From Ostreococcus lucimarinus (lineage: Eukaryota), in assembly GCA_000092065.1 (NCBI GenBank), contig CP000601.1: a DNA stretch of 64,000 nt; one strand, written 5' to 3'. The notes under the pieces are model-generated. The model ran no database searches and was not told the DNA's origin. It saw only the letters and a program-made list of their open reading frames with translations. Position 1 is the stretch's first letter, and each line of letters starts with the position of its first letter. The position numbers and the translations under genes were made by a program. Positions 10,340 to 20,328 of this stretch are shown piece by piece.

Positions 10340-12112
10340 ATGCGACGCGCGACGTCGCGCGCGGACGTCATGCGCAAGGCGTCGTCCGCGACGAGCGATC
10401 TCGCGATCGACGCGCTCGACGCGAGCCCGCAAAAGGCGTCGCACGCGCGCGGGTCATCTTTATCCTCCACGGGCAGTCTCTCGTCGAACGCGTCGGCGCC
10501 GGGCGCGTCGGCGCGGCGCGGTCGCCACCGCTTCCACCGGCCGTCGATGTTCTTCGCGCTGTGCGCGCTGGTGACGACGACGCTGGCGACGCTGACGCAC
10601 GAGGGGCGATCGGCGACGTGCGCGCGAACGCCGACGCACGTCGTCTTCGTCGACGCCGGGAGCACGGGGTGCCGCGCGCACGCGTTCGCGATAGAAAACG
10701 CGAGGAAAGCGAAAGGGAGAGGATCGTTGTTCGAGATGCGCACGCTCGGGACGAAGGAGAAGACGAGACTGCCGTTGGCGGAGATGGGAGGACGGGTGCG
10801 CGAGGAGTTGATGCCGGCGGTGCGCGCGGCGTTGGCGAAGATCCCGGATCGCGTCGAGCGCGCGCGAACGCCCGTGTACGTGTGGGCCACGGCTGGATTT
10901 CGCGTGTTGACGCCGGCGAAGCAACAAGCGCTGTGGCGCGAGGTGAGGGAGGCGGTGGAGGCTGAGACGGGGACGCGGCACGGGTACGGACATTTTCGAA
11001 CCGTCGACGGCGCCGAGGAAGGATTTTACGCGTGGCTGGCGGCGAATTACTTGTCAGACGTCGACGTCACCGCGGTCGGGCGATTAAACGACGCGAACAC
11101 GCCGGCGCCGGCGTTCGCGCGCGTTTCTGAGGACGATAATCCTTTGCTCAAGTCTGTCGGCGCGATTGACGTCGGCGGCGGGAGCGTGCAGTACGTGGCG
11201 CTGCCAAGGGAAGGCAAAGGCGCGTTCGTGAAGTCCATGCTCGAGTTGAGGAATGCGGTGAAAGTGGAGTCGTTTTTGGGGTACGGGGCGAACCACATGG
11301 AGACGAGATGGCGCGGCGCGCTGGCGGCGGCGAAGACGACGCGAAACGCGTGCGCGTTTCCGGGGCACGTCGTCACCGTGGACGGCGTGGAATTGACCGG
11401 AACCGGCGAATACCGCCAGTGCGTCGTGGGATTACGCAAACAAATCGCATCGATGCAGCGCGAACAAAAAGTGACGCTGCGCATGCCCGACGATTTCAAA
11501 CGCGTAGAGCGGTTTCTTGGCATGTCGCTGCTGTTTCATCTCACAAATTTCATCACCGTCGCCCTTCCGGGCGCGCTGCCATCCATGCCCAAGGCCACGC
11601 TTGCGGAAATTGCGACCGCCGGAGAAAAGCTGTGCGCCATCGAGTGGGCGAAGCTCGTGAAGGATGTCGATGGGAAGGATCCCAACACTCCCGCGGATCG
11701 CCTCAACGGACGTTGCTTCGACGCCGCGCTCGTGCAGGCGCTCCTCGGCGTAGACTTCGCGGAAGACGACATCGCCGCCGGCGAAGTCGGTCTCGGATTT
11801 TCACAAAACGACGAGCGTTTGAATTTCATCGAGCGCATCGACGACGCGGAGGTGGAGTGGACGCTCGGAGCGGCGATGAGCGTCGTGCACCCGACGGCGG
11901 CGCGCTCGAACTCGGCGTGGGCGAAGACGCGCGTACCGACGGAGTGCGCGCGCGTGCTTCACACGTCCTTTTTGAACGCTCTTTACGAGTGGGGCGTCAT
12001 CATCATGCCCGCGGCGCTCGTCGCTACCGGGTATTTATTGTACAAGACGCTCAGGATGACGGCGAACGTCGCCACGATGGCGCGTTCGCCCTCGTACCTC
12101 GAGGTACTCTAG
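10340..12112 (+). CDS. GDA1/CD39-family nucleoside tri/diphosphatase (apyrase/NTPDase) with N- and C-terminal transmembrane segments
   Basis: Apyrase conserved regions are VVFVDAGSTGCRAHAF (ACR1), VWATAGFRVL (ACR2) and IDVGGGSVQ (ACR4). Hydrophobic segments are FFALCALVTTTLATL and VIIMPAALVATGYLLY. Confidence 0.8.
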   Translation: MRRATSRADVMRKASSATSDLAIDALDASPQKASHARGSSLSSTGSLSSNASAPGASARRGRHRFHRPSMFFALCALVTTTLATLTHEGRSATCARTPTHVVFVDAGSTGCRAHAFAIENARKAKGRGSLFEMRTLGTKEKTRLPLAEMGGRVREELMPAVRAALAKIPDRVERARTPVYVWATAGFRVLTPAKQQALWREVREAVEAETGTRHGYGHFRTVDGAEEGFYAWLAANYLSDVDVTAVGRLNDANTPAPAFARVSEDDNPLLKSVGAIDVGGGSVQYVALPREGKGAFVKSMLELRNAVKVESFLGYGANHMETRWRGALAAAKTTRNACAFPGHVVTVDGVELTGTGEYRQCVVGLRKQIASMQREQKVTLRMPDDFKRVERFLGMSLLFHLTNFITVALPGALPSMPKATLAEIATAGEKLCAIEWAKLVKDVDGKDPNTPADRLNGRCFDAALVQALLGVDFAEDDIAAGEVGLGFSQNDERLNFIERIDDAEVEWTLGAAMSVVHPTAARSNSAWAKTRVPTECARVLHTSFLNALYEWGVIIMPAALVATGYLLYKTLRMTANVATMARSPSYLEVL

Positions 12113-12130
12113 CTAGCTAAATCGTTGAAA

Positions 12131-12790
12131 TTAGTCGGCGCGCGGTCGCGGTCGCCAGCACTCGAGCAGCTCGAATTCCTCGTTCGACGCCGGATAATCG
12201 GGATGCGCCTCGGACGCCGGCACGCGCGTGACCTCGAAACCGTTCGCCTCGATGATCGACGCGAACAACTCGACGCTCTCCGGTCGATGCTCTTTACACG
12301 CCGCGAACACCGCCGCGCGACCCGGCCCCACCAACGCCATCGTCGTCGCCGCCAGCGCGCGAATCACGCCTTCGTCCGAGGTATACATCAAATCCGCTCC
12401 CAGCACCACGTCCGGCCGCCGAATCGCCTCCGGCAACCGCTCCACGTCCTCCGCGCGTCCCCACCGCAGCGTCGTCGTCGCCATCGCCACGCTCGCCGGT
12501 ATCCGCCCTCCGCTTTCCGCCTTATTCGCCCGCGCGTTCATCCGCGTCAGCGGCACGACCCGCTTTAAATCCGTCATCGCGCACACCATCCCCGCCTCTC
12601 CCTCCGCGCTTCCCCGCGCCGCCGCGACGAGCAGCGTCGCCAGTCCCGTGCCCGCGCCCAGCTCGAGCGTCGTCGGCCCGCGCGCGTCCTCGCGCGCCTT
12701 CTTCGTCAACCGCCGCCACGTCCTCTCCCGTCCGACGTACTTTCCCAGCAGCACGCTCGCGTCCCACACCGTGAATCCCGTCGCCGGCAC

Positions 12791-12825
<35 letters not shown>

Positions 12826-12976
12826 GCGTCGTCGTCCCGGTCGTCCCGGTCGTCCCGGTCGCCTTGACGAACGCCTCGCTCGACGCGTACTGCCGCACGA
12901 CGACGCCGTCGACGTCGCACGCGTCGACGAATTTCTCGCGAAAGCTCAGGCGGTTCCGGCGCCACGTCGACGCCAT
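12131..12976 (-). CDS. Class I SAM-dependent protein-lysine N-methyltransferase (METTL21/Methyltransf_16-like)
   Basis: TVWDASVLLGKYV and LELGAGTGLATLLVAAA are present. It carries an internal low-complexity insertion, GTTGTTGTT plus D10. Confidence 0.7.
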
Positions 12977-13072
12977 CGCGCGGCGCGGTGCGCGGCGCGG
13001 TGCGTCCGCGCCGTCGCGCGTCCGACCGACCGACCGTTCGTCGGTAGTTAGACTGTATGCACATACGAGACA

Positions 13073-13080
13073 TATATAAT
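13073..13080. promoter_or_regulatory. TATA-like element (TATATAAT) in an AT-rich island between divergent genes
   Basis: catatataatcacg sits in the only AT-rich stretch between the methyltransferase ATG (12976, minus) and the large-ORF ATG (13198, plus). Confidence 0.3.
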
Positions 13081-13197
13081 CACGTAAAGCCCTATATGTA
13101 CGAACCGACGGCGCGGCGACGCCGCCGACGGCGCGCGAGACCGCGTCGCGCGTCGCCGCGCGCCCGCGCGCGCGCGAGACGCCGCGCGCGCGTCGGC

Positions 13198-16100
13198 ATG
13201 TCGCGCGCGACGCGCCTGCGCGCGACGCTGTTCGCCGACGGCGCGAGCGACGCCGAACGACTCGCCGCGGCGCGCGCCGCGCTCGACGACGACGACGACG
13301 ACGACGCGCGCGCGGTCGTCCTCGCGTGGACGCGCGCGCGACTGCGACGCGCGGGACGACGCGACGACGCGTCGACGACGCGCGAGCGCCGAGGCGACGA
13401 CGCGACGCGGGACGGGACGCGGGACGAGGAGACGCTGTGGCGGTGCTTCGCGGACGCGAGCGAAAGGGCGACGCGATCGGGACGCGCGATGACGACGGAC
13501 GCGAGCGCGGGGCGAAGGGAGGTGATGCGCGCGCTGCGACGGGCGGCGGCGTCGAGGGCGCGAGCGGTCGATGGGGAGACGCTGCGACGGGCGTTCGACG
13601 CGTTGACGCGCGACGACGGCGAGCGACGCGGCGCGAGGGCGTCGTGCGAAGAGTGCGTCGAGGTGGCGAAGAGCGCGATGTGGGACGAGGGGAATGCGGC
13701 GCTGATGAGCGCGGCGCTCGCGGCGGCGGCGGCGGCGGCGAACGCGCAGCCGAATAAGCCCGCGCCGGCGTGCGTGGATTTTGAGTTTTTGTGGAGCGTC
13801 GTCGAGACGTGGTCGCGAGCGGGCGAGGGGGACGCGCGGAGAGGTGCGAAGGAGGCGTGCGACGCGACGATGCGGGCGTTCGTGTTGCACCCGATGTACG
13901 CTCGCGCGATTCCGAATTTAGTCGCCGACGCGGCGAGCGCGAAGAAGCAGAAAACGATAGCCTCGACGGACGACGCTCGCGGCGCCGGCGGCGCGCGTTC
14001 GTCCGCGCCCGGGTTCATTTGCGACACCATCGCACGCGTCGCGCGAGCGGCGGAAAGCATGGACGTGGACGCGTTGCGCTTGGCGCCTTGGGTCTTGCGA
14101 GCGACGTGCGAGCAAGACGCAAACGAGCGTAAACCCACGGCGAGCAGTTCGGCGAACAAGTCGAGTGAATCGGTGTCAAAAGACGCGCGCGCGCTCTTCG
14201 TCGAGCTCTTTGAACCGATCGCCGCCGCTTTCGTTGCGGTACCGACGGGCGGGAAGGGTGAGCGACGCGTCGACGAAGACGCCGCCTCCGCGCTCGTCGA
14301 TGCGCTCGTCGGATTACTCGACATTGCCGTCGATTTCACGATTTACTCGCCTCTGGAAGACGAAGGTCGCGTCGAAAGCGCGCTGCAGGCGTTCGTGACC
14401 AGCATCGCAACGGTCGTAAAGACGAATGAGGTGCGCGATCGAGGTTGGTCCAGAGTCATCGGCGCGTTGTCAACGTTGGATTTGCGATTAGTCGAGCCGC
14501 ACGTCAAGGTGATGTTGACGCTCTTACTCGTGAAATCGCGCGACGCCCGTGAAGAGTGCGTCGCGGTGACGCAAACGATGATAAAAGCGTTCGCCGAGAT
14601 GCGTCAGCTACCAGAGTTCATGGAATCTGTAGGTGAAGTCGTCATAGAGGCGATGGCAAACGGCGAAAAAGTCAACGACGCGCTGGCTTCGGAAGAAGTC
14701 CTCGTCGCGTTTCAAGACGCCGCCAAGACCGTCCCGCTCAGGCAAACGCCTGATCTCATGGTGATATGTCGCAAGGCATTCATCACCGCCTACGACGGCG
14801 ACGAGAAGCCCAGCGGTGCGCGAGCGCCGTACGATTCTTTGGACAAGCTCGCGCGAGTGCTGCAAAGCGCGCTCGGGACGTGTCCGATTGACGCGGGCGA
14901 ACCACTGCTGCCAGAAGCGCAAGCGTGCCTCGAAGGGTTTTCGGAAGATATCGCGCAGCGTTTGCACTCCCACGTCGAGAGCTCACCTGCCCGCACAGGT
15001 GCCTTACTCCGAGCGTACGTGCCCGTAGCATCACTCCGCCAAGGCTTGAGCGAGGTCGCGGATGCGACGGCGCGAGATTCTTATTTTCGTTCCGAGAGCG
15101 TCGACTTGTCCGCCATCGTACGACATCTCGTTCGTGATAGTCCACGTGCGAACCAAGAGCACGAAAACGCCGAGTCGGCGGCGATTGGATGCGCCATACA
15201 GCGAGTGAATAATTTGTCGCGGCTGCGGTATCCGCGCGAAGACGTGAGTCCAGAGGAATCCGCTAAGGCTGGGTCGGAGATCAAATCTCTGTTATCTGCG
15301 TGCTTAAAGCTGGTTCCGGATACTTTGACGACTTCATACGATGCGCCCGACTCCAAAACGGAAGCGTGGAAGGTGTTGACTTCCACGATCGACCTCTGGT
15401 ACGAACAAGCGACGGATGCTAGAATCTTAGACTATTATCGATGCCGCCTCGAGACGGACATCGAAGGCGAAGGCGCGCTTTCGACAGAAGAGGAAGATAA
15501 GTTTAGCGAACTCGTGGCGACGTTTAAACCATGGGTCAGGGCGATTGCGAGCGTTATCACGCGTGGTGCGGTAGATTTAACGCGGGAGTTGAAGGAGTCG
15601 CTGAGCAGAGATGACGATTCCAGCGCGGCGGGAAGATGCGACGTTTTAGAAGACATCATCGCAGATTGCGTGGAGAATAAACGGCAAGGCGAGGCGGCAT
15701 GCGATAAAATAAAAGACTTTTGGATCGGACCGGCGAGCACGCCCATCACCGATGGATTTGGAAAGAACTGCACGAGAGAAGATTCGGCGGCGCTGAAGCG
15801 AATGCGAAGAGCCGTGGATGCGGCTGAGCGCTTGCACTACCGTGCGGTATCGGAAACCGACGTCCACGAACTATCTATCGCGTTACAAATAGGCGATTGC
15901 GCGATGTTCAACGCCGCATCGCTCGGCATGTCATCCGCCATGGATTTGTGCACTCGCGTGCGCTCGCGCTCGGCGTTTTTAGCCACGCACGACGAAGATT
16001 CGGCGATGATTGTATCTGGGTTGATCACACGAGGAGGGCATTACTTGAACGTCACCAACCTGGCGCTTCGCAACATGCTCGACGTAGAACTCGCGTCAAG

Positions 16101-17796
16101 GCTCATCGAGTCGACGACTAGTGCGTTCCAGGCGAGCTTGGTCGGAAGCGCGTTGAAGGTAAAAGCTGCGGTGTATACGAACGCGGCGACGAACGTGGCG
16201 CGTCTTTTAGACGACCGATTTATAAACGAAGACTCCATCGAGCGCAACGTCGCAAACGTCGGAGGTGCGTTCGCTCTATCGCTGGTAGAGTCCCTATTCG
16301 CGGCGGCGAACGTGGTGCACACGGAGCCCGAGCGGGAGAAGTACGGCTGGGTCGACGGTAATCCAGATTTGGACGAGGAAGACGAGCTCACGGACGAGCA
16401 AGGCGACGCCATAGCGCAATTTTGGGACGCACCTGCGGTGATGCAAGTTCGTGCGCGTATTGAGTCTATGATTCTCGACATGAAAAATGGTCTTGAGAAC
16501 GGTGAGTTCAAGCCCGTCGCAGAGTCTGTCGAAGTCGTCGCCTCGTGCGTCTCCGCCGCTGGGTTCATTCTCGCGGTGTCGGCGACGACACTGGATTACA
16601 GCGAGGCGTTCCATCGCACGTGCGACGCAGATTTTGTCCAAAACGCGATCGCGGTTGCGATTAAAGTCTTGTTGGACACGTCTAACGAACTATCTTCACG
16701 CGGGACGTCGCGACTGGTCAACTTTATCGGTGCGGCGTGCGACGCGTTGAAGCAGACAGGACCACAGCTCACGTCCGAGGCGCACGCCTCGCTCGTAGCT
16801 GTCCTTATGTTCACGTACACGCGCGGAACGCGCGCTTTAGTGGATCGTGACGGCGCGAAAAGCGCGACGCCAGCGGCAGATTTGCACGAATCGCTCAGTT
16901 TGACGATGTCGGAGCTCGTCTACGGCGCAGGCAAACGTCCCTTGACTGCGATGTACGACGCGTGCGTCGACGCATTCAAGACGACAGACGCAGAATCGCG
17001 AAGGGCGTATTTATCGTCCGATCGCTTGGATGTTTCCCTGGCGGCACCCATGTGGTGCTTGATGAATCTCGTCAAGTCGTTTCATTTGGGCAAGGCGATT
17101 CGCACGGCGGCGCAGGAAAATGTTGAGACCGTGATGGATGCGTGCATGCGAGCGATGACCGTCGCCATTAGGGTGCCGAACGCCAACGCCGTGGTACATA
17201 AGCTCCTCGAAATCACCACCGAGTTCGCCAGACTCGGTCCTCGATGCGAGATAAGCACAAGATGCGTGTCGCGCATGTGTCAGCTTCCGAGCGTCGCGTG
17301 CGCGTCGGACGCCGTATTCGACGACGGCGACGCGATGACAAAGATTTTCTGCCAAGCGTGCGAACTCATCGGCGTGCTGTTGAAGTCTCGAAAAGATCAC
17401 CTGCGTCGCGCGGTATCGGGTATCACCGTGGCGTGTTCAGATCTCCTCGCCGCGTTGCGACGATTTAAAGCCTCGGGCGCGAGCGCCGCCGTCATGGAAA
17501 GCTGCGCCGGTAAGCTCTCCTTCGTGTACGAATCCGCCGAGGCCAGCGGTCTGGACCGTTATTGCACCCACTTACTCGCCGACGCCATCACCGCCATCAC
17601 CGGCGGCGGCATCGGCGTCGTCGCCGAATCCGCGCTCAAGCCCGGTCTCTTCGCCCTGCTCGACTCGAGCGGCGACCGCGAGCTTCAGCAGCTTCACGCC
17701 GCGCTCGGCGCCGGCGCGGGCGGCGCGCGCCGCGTCGTCTTCGCCGCCCTTCGCGAGGAGCACAAGCACACCCACAAGTTCACCGGTCGCGTGTAA
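13198..17796 (+). CDS. Large (~1530 aa) helical nucleolar-type protein, possibly Urb2/Npa2-like ribosome-biogenesis factor. Function is low confidence.
   Basis: The ORF is continuous. The C-terminal block LKPGLFALLDSSGDRELQQLHAALG...RVVFAALREEHKHTHKFTG resembles the Urb2 C-terminal domain. The 13057 ATG lies in the AT-rich promoter island, so the first GC-context ATG at 13198 is preferred. Confidence 0.45.
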   Translation: MSRATRLRATLFADGASDAERLAAARAALDDDDDDDARAVVLAWTRARLRRAGRRDDASTTRERRGDDATRDGTRDEETLWRCFADASERATRSGRAMTTDASAGRREVMRALRRAAASRARAVDGETLRRAFDALTRDDGERRGARASCEECVEVAKSAMWDEGNAALMSAALAAAAAAANAQPNKPAPACVDFEFLWSVVETWSRAGEGDARRGAKEACDATMRAFVLHPMYARAIPNLVADAASAKKQKTIASTDDARGAGGARSSAPGFICDTIARVARAAESMDVDALRLAPWVLRATCEQDANERKPTASSSANKSSESVSKDARALFVELFEPIAAAFVAVPTGGKGERRVDEDAASALVDALVGLLDIAVDFTIYSPLEDEGRVESALQAFVTSIATVVKTNEVRDRGWSRVIGALSTLDLRLVEPHVKVMLTLLLVKSRDAREECVAVTQTMIKAFAEMRQLPEFMESVGEVVIEAMANGEKVNDALASEEVLVAFQDAAKTVPLRQTPDLMVICRKAFITAYDGDEKPSGARAPYDSLDKLARVLQSALGTCPIDAGEPLLPEAQACLEGFSEDIAQRLHSHVESSPARTGALLRAYVPVASLRQGLSEVADATARDSYFRSESVDLSAIVRHLVRDSPRANQEHENAESAAIGCAIQRVNNLSRLRYPREDVSPEESAKAGSEIKSLLSACLKLVPDTLTTSYDAPDSKTEAWKVLTSTIDLWYEQATDARILDYYRCRLETDIEGEGALSTEEEDKFSELVATFKPWVRAIASVITRGAVDLTRELKESLSRDDDSSAAGRCDVLEDIIADCVENKRQGEAACDKIKDFWIGPASTPITDGFGKNCTREDSAALKRMRRAVDAAERLHYRAVSETDVHELSIALQIGDCAMFNAASLGMSSAMDLCTRVRSRSAFLATHDEDSAMIVSGLITRGGHYLNVTNLALRNMLDVELASRLIESTTSAFQASLVGSALKVKAAVYTNAATNVARLLDDRFINEDSIERNVANVGGAFALSLVESLFAAANVVHTEPEREKYGWVDGNPDLDEEDELTDEQGDAIAQFWDAPAVMQVRARIESMILDMKNGLENGEFKPVAESVEVVASCVSAAGFILAVSATTLDYSEAFHRTCDADFVQNAIAVAIKVLLDTSNELSSRGTSRLVNFIGAACDALKQTGPQLTSEAHASLVAVLMFTYTRGTRALVDRDGAKSATPAADLHESLSLTMSELVYGAGKRPLTAMYDACVDAFKTTDAESRRAYLSSDRLDVSLAAPMWCLMNLVKSFHLGKAIRTAAQENVETVMDACMRAMTVAIRVPNANAVVHKLLEITTEFARLGPRCEISTRCVSRMCQLPSVACASDAVFDDGDAMTKIFCQACELIGVLLKSRKDHLRRAVSGITVACSDLLAALRRFKASGASAAVMESCAGKLSFVYESAEASGLDRYCTHLLADAITAITGGGIGVVAESALKPGLFALLDSSGDRELQQLHAALGAGAGGARRVVFAALREEHKHTHKFTGRV

Positions 17797-17904
17797 TCGT
17801 ACAACATTTCGTCTTCGCGTCTTCGCGTCTTCGCCGCCGCCGCTCGCGCCGAGGCGACCGATCGCGTTCGCGTCCACCGTCGCCACTCGTCCGCGCGCGT
17901 CGTC

Positions 17905-19272
17905 ATGAGCGAGCGCGATTCCCTGATACCGGACGTCGATGACGTCGAGCGCGCGTCGCGTCGCGCGTCCTCGTCCTCGCGCGCCGCGTCGCGCGCCGTC
18001 GCGGGCTCGAGCGCCGAGGGTGTTGGGCGACACGTCGTGTTCAACATGCGCGTCGCGAGCGCGCTGTTCTTCGCGGGAACCACGCTGCTCGCGATGGGCG
18101 CGATCGTGGGACGCTCCGCGGACGCCGCGCGGGCGTCGGCGCTCGGCGAAGGGGCGGGAGGGACGTGCGCGTTGTCGCCGACGGGCGCGGGGGCGAACGC
18201 GGCGGCGAACACGTGCGCGGCGCGATACATGGATGAGCTCGGATTGTGGGACGCGGCGGACGCGGGCGATAACGTCGAGTTCGAGACGAAGGTGTACGAG
18301 TGCATGAACGAACCGACGGGCGCGCCGGTCGTGGTGCCGCAGGATGGGGTGGCGAAACCGTTCGCGACGAAGCCGGGTTCGGCGTACGCGTGGATCTTCG
18401 TGCACATTCCCAAAGCCGCGGGGTCGGTTTTCATCGAGATGTTGAAGCAGAATAAGAACCACGAGACGGTCGTGCTTCACGAGCCCGCGCACCCGGACTT
18501 TCTCGTGAATCCGTGGAGGCCGTTGAATTCGTTGCAGGCGCGGCACGTTCCGACGATGTTGAGGACGTTTAAACAAAACCGCGAGTCGAAATCGGGTACG
18601 TTTTCAAAGGAATTTATGCACGCCGACTACGACGAAGGCAGACGGATGTACTTCACCGGTGCGACGGGCATCGGGATGTGCGGAACGGTCGACGCGCCGT
18701 GCGCGTACATCACGGTCCTTCGCGAGCCGATGTCTCGCCTGTGGAGCGAGTACACGTATTTGTGTCTCGAGGCGAACGAGGGCCACTTGTCGTGGACTGC
18801 GGAAGAGATCGCAGCGGACAATCACCAGGGATGCCCATTGAATCCCTTGGAGTGGTACAACCAGAAGCGCAGCACGGCGGCGCAGCTCACGGGCTTACTC
18901 GGCGCGCGCGGCGGTCACACGCCCTGCGGCGCCGAAGCCGCCAAGGCGAATTTGGCCTCGTCGTGCGTGCGCTACATTTTCCAAGACGACATCGAAAACG
19001 GTATGAAGCGCATTCGAGAAAAGCTACCGGACCTCGCGCATCTCGGCGACGACGGCGGGAACAAGCAGTACATCAGCGGCGCTCTTCTCGAGCATCACAA
19101 CGGCAGCGCCGAAAAGCTCGCCCCCGCGCTCGCCGCGCGTCTCGACGCGTACAAAGCCGACCCCACCATCGTCGCGGGATTGCGCGCGCTCGTCGAGCAC
19201 GACATCAGCGTCTACGAATTCGCCAAGGCCAAGTACGACGAGCACTGGAGCGCCCCGCTCGTCTCTTGCTAG
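17905..19272 (+). CDS. Type II membrane (Golgi-type) carbohydrate sulfotransferase, Sulfotransfer_2-like
   Basis: An N-terminal TM segment (ALFFAGTTLLAMGAIVG) is present. The 5'-PSB-like motif is IFVHIPKAAGS and the 3'-PB-like motif is VLREPMSRLWSEY. Confidence 0.6.
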   Translation: MSERDSLIPDVDDVERASRRASSSSRAASRAVAGSSAEGVGRHVVFNMRVASALFFAGTTLLAMGAIVGRSADAARASALGEGAGGTCALSPTGAGANAAANTCAARYMDELGLWDAADAGDNVEFETKVYECMNEPTGAPVVVPQDGVAKPFATKPGSAYAWIFVHIPKAAGSVFIEMLKQNKNHETVVLHEPAHPDFLVNPWRPLNSLQARHVPTMLRTFKQNRESKSGTFSKEFMHADYDEGRRMYFTGATGIGMCGTVDAPCAYITVLREPMSRLWSEYTYLCLEANEGHLSWTAEEIAADNHQGCPLNPLEWYNQKRSTAAQLTGLLGARGGHTPCGAEAAKANLASSCVRYIFQDDIENGMKRIREKLPDLAHLGDDGGNKQYISGALLEHHNGSAEKLAPALAARLDAYKADPTIVAGLRALVEHDISVYEFAKAKYDEHWSAPLVSC

Positions 19273-19496
19273 CGCGTCCCGAGCGTCGGCTGGTTACGGC
19301 GCGGCAATCCGGTACCAGCCGGTACGAGCCGGTACGGAGACGACGACGTCGAGACGCGCCCGCTGGTGACGGTGGTAGGCATGGCGTGAATCGCGCGCGC
19401 GCGCTGTAGTCTTACGAAAGCACCATCGTATCGTCGACCATCGATTTTCAGCCTCGTTCCGCGTTTTCGCGCGCGCACGCGCGCTCGAGCGCCCGG

Positions 19497-19526
19497 ATTC
19501 GCAAAAATTCACAAAAATTCACAAAA
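19497..19526. repeat. Tandem 10-bp repeat (attc[g/a]caaaa) x3 immediately 5' of an ATG
   Basis: ggATTCGCAAAAATTCACAAAAATTCACAAAAatg lies in an AT-rich spacer. It is a candidate core-promoter or initiator element. Confidence 0.5.
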
Positions 19527-19555
19527 ATGTCGAGCGCCGCGTCACACCGTCGCGC

Positions 19556-20275
19556 ATGTCGTCCGCGCGGTCCGCGTCGACCGCGACCGCGTCCGCGCCG
19601 TCGCGCGCCGCCGTCCCCGCGCGCGCGTCCGCGCCGAAACCCGCGCCCGGCGTCACCGTCGACGTCGTGCTCCCCGCCGAGCGCGCGATCTTCACCCTCG
19701 AGCACGTCGACGCCGGCGCGCGCGAGATCTGCGTCGCGCTCGGCCCGTTCCGACGCGCGATCGCGTTCGTCAGAGACGCGCTCGATGGACGCGGCGGCGT
19801 CGTCGCGGCGATCGCGGTGCGAGCGGCGATGGTGGCGGCGATCGCGCGGCCGAACGCGGCGTGCGCGGCGCTGGCGGCGGCGTGCGCGCTGGCGACGCGA
19901 GACGGAAAACGACGCGCGGATCTGCGGCGAGCGCTGATGCGCGGCGAGGGCGGCGGCGAGAATGAGACGGAAGAGACGGCGCCGGTGATGGAGTTCACGG
20001 CGAAAGACGCGACGGTGTTGATGGAACGCGCGGCGAAGGCGGCGGAACGGGCGGCGAGCGTGGCGGAGTGGCGGTCGAGGACGGTGAGCGCGGCGACGAT
20101 GTACGCGGCGATGGCGCTGAGTGGAGTGAGCGCGTTCGTGAGGGCGGATGTGATGATGTGCGCGATCGCGCTGTACGCGACGCGGCCGGCGAGGTTGCGG
20201 GTGATTCCGGATCCGATCAACGCGTGCTGGTCGCGCTTGCCGAGCCTGTGGAAGGATCAGTCGAAGATTCAATGA
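19556..20275 (+). CDS. Hypothetical Ala-rich protein (239 aa)
   Basis: Strong GC3 codon bias in this frame, in contrast with the Arg/Pro-rich alternatives. No recognisable domain. Confidence 0.35.
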   Translation: MSSARSASTATASAPSRAAVPARASAPKPAPGVTVDVVLPAERAIFTLEHVDAGAREICVALGPFRRAIAFVRDALDGRGGVVAAIAVRAAMVAAIARPNAACAALAAACALATRDGKRRADLRRALMRGEGGGENETEETAPVMEFTAKDATVLMERAAKAAERAASVAEWRSRTVSAATMYAAMALSGVSAFVRADVMMCAIALYATRPARLRVIPDPINACWSRLPSLWKDQSKIQ

Positions 20276-20328
20276 CGCGTTCGTTCGAGTTGTGCGCTAA
20301 TGTAGCATCGTGTGTATTCATAGTCTAC

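Noticed and set aside
13057-13197. ATG at 13057 as the start of the large plus-strand gene
   Set aside because: The first 25 codons lie in the AT-rich TATA-containing spacer (atgcacatacgagacatatataatcac) and are followed by a poly-Arg run. The next in-frame ATG in coding-like context is at 13198.
13092-14339. 415-aa minus-strand ORF and the related 13048..13890 ORF, both Ser/Ala/Arg-rich
   Set aside because: They are antisense to the large plus-strand gene. Their composition reflects complementary codon periodicity and they have no domains.
17572-18576. 334-aa and 246-aa minus-strand ORFs over the sulfotransferase region
   Set aside because: They are antisense to a CDS with clear sulfotransferase motifs, and they are Arg-rich low-complexity.
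19448-20272. 274-aa minus ORF and 19519..20220 minus ORF opposite the hypothetical gene 19556..20275
   Set aside because: The plus frame has markedly better GC3 codon bias and a start preceded by the AT-rich repeat. The minus ORFs are Arg/His-rich or Ala/Ser-rich low-complexity.
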